A stretch of 53,250 bases of DNA from Clostridiales bacterium (GTDB lineage: Bacteria > Bacillota > Clostridia > Oscillospirales > CAG-272): NCBI GenBank assembly GCA_024693345.1, contig JAILLB010000049.1, positions 1 to 53,250 of the forward strand, read 5' to 3'. Below are positions 53,137 through 53,250 of the stretch, in pieces. How positions within the stretch are numbered: position 1 is the stretch's first letter; each line of letters begins with the position of its first letter. The notes under the pieces were generated by a model. It was not told where the DNA came from. It searched no databases and saw only the letters and a program-made list of their open reading frames with translations. A program made the translations under genes and the position numbers.

Positions 53137-53142
53137 CTTCAG
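53116..53142 (+). mobile_element. Fragment of an IS200/IS605-type left end (half hairpin)
   Basis: TTTAT then GCTTGCCGGGAACACCCGTGACTTCAG; the 3' arm of the hairpin is missing. Confidence 0.45.
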
Positions 53143-53148
53143 ATAATA

Positions 53149-53250
53149 TGAAGTGACCCCCAAATTTGCAAAGCCGTGGATTTACCCTTATAATTCATAG
53201 TGAATTTCAAAAACCACAAATTACGGGAATTACCGCACACAAATGGAGGT
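53149..53250 (+). mobile_element. Possible IS3-family left end
   Basis: TGAAGTGACCCCCAAA resembles IS3-family 5'-TG inverted repeats; GGAGG at the window edge could be a transposase RBS. Confidence 0.45.

Overview
Low-GC Bacillota (Clostridia-like) chromosomal window, mostly housekeeping. In order: the 5' end of an IS200/IS605 tnpA; a Fic/Doc-like gene with four 9-bp operator half-sites; tRNA-Pro; rplJL with an L10 leader; gpmA; the rpmH-rnpA-yidD-yidC-jag-mnmE cluster (no dnaA or mnmG beside it); trkAH-ROK-methyltransferase-PAP2; an ABC-2 transporter; eno; ispE; a 310-bp MITE; pepC; gdhA followed by an HD hydrolase and a STAS-kinase fusion; a 983-aa SGNH lipoprotein with four unassigned repeats; a GltS-like transporter; an acyltransferase; a membrane PP2C phosphatase; tRNA-Gln; a DtxR/MntR regulator with feoAAB; a 385-bp protein-free IS200/IS605 element; DUF1538 plus a PII-like gene; a pur operon (purE, Cys-less purF, purM, purN, purO-like, AICAR transformylase, purD, purL); and IS remnants at the right edge. 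Best leads: (1) the protein-free IS605-type element, which keeps both ends, an omega-RNA-like scaffold and a candidate internal promoter; (2) the gdhA-HD-STAS/kinase operon with a nearby PP2C; (3) a candidate leader-peptide attenuator ahead of purF; (4) the His-to-Gln Fic/Doc protein with operators; (5) the repeated domain of the lipoprotein. All family assignments come from motif recognition by eye; no searches were run.
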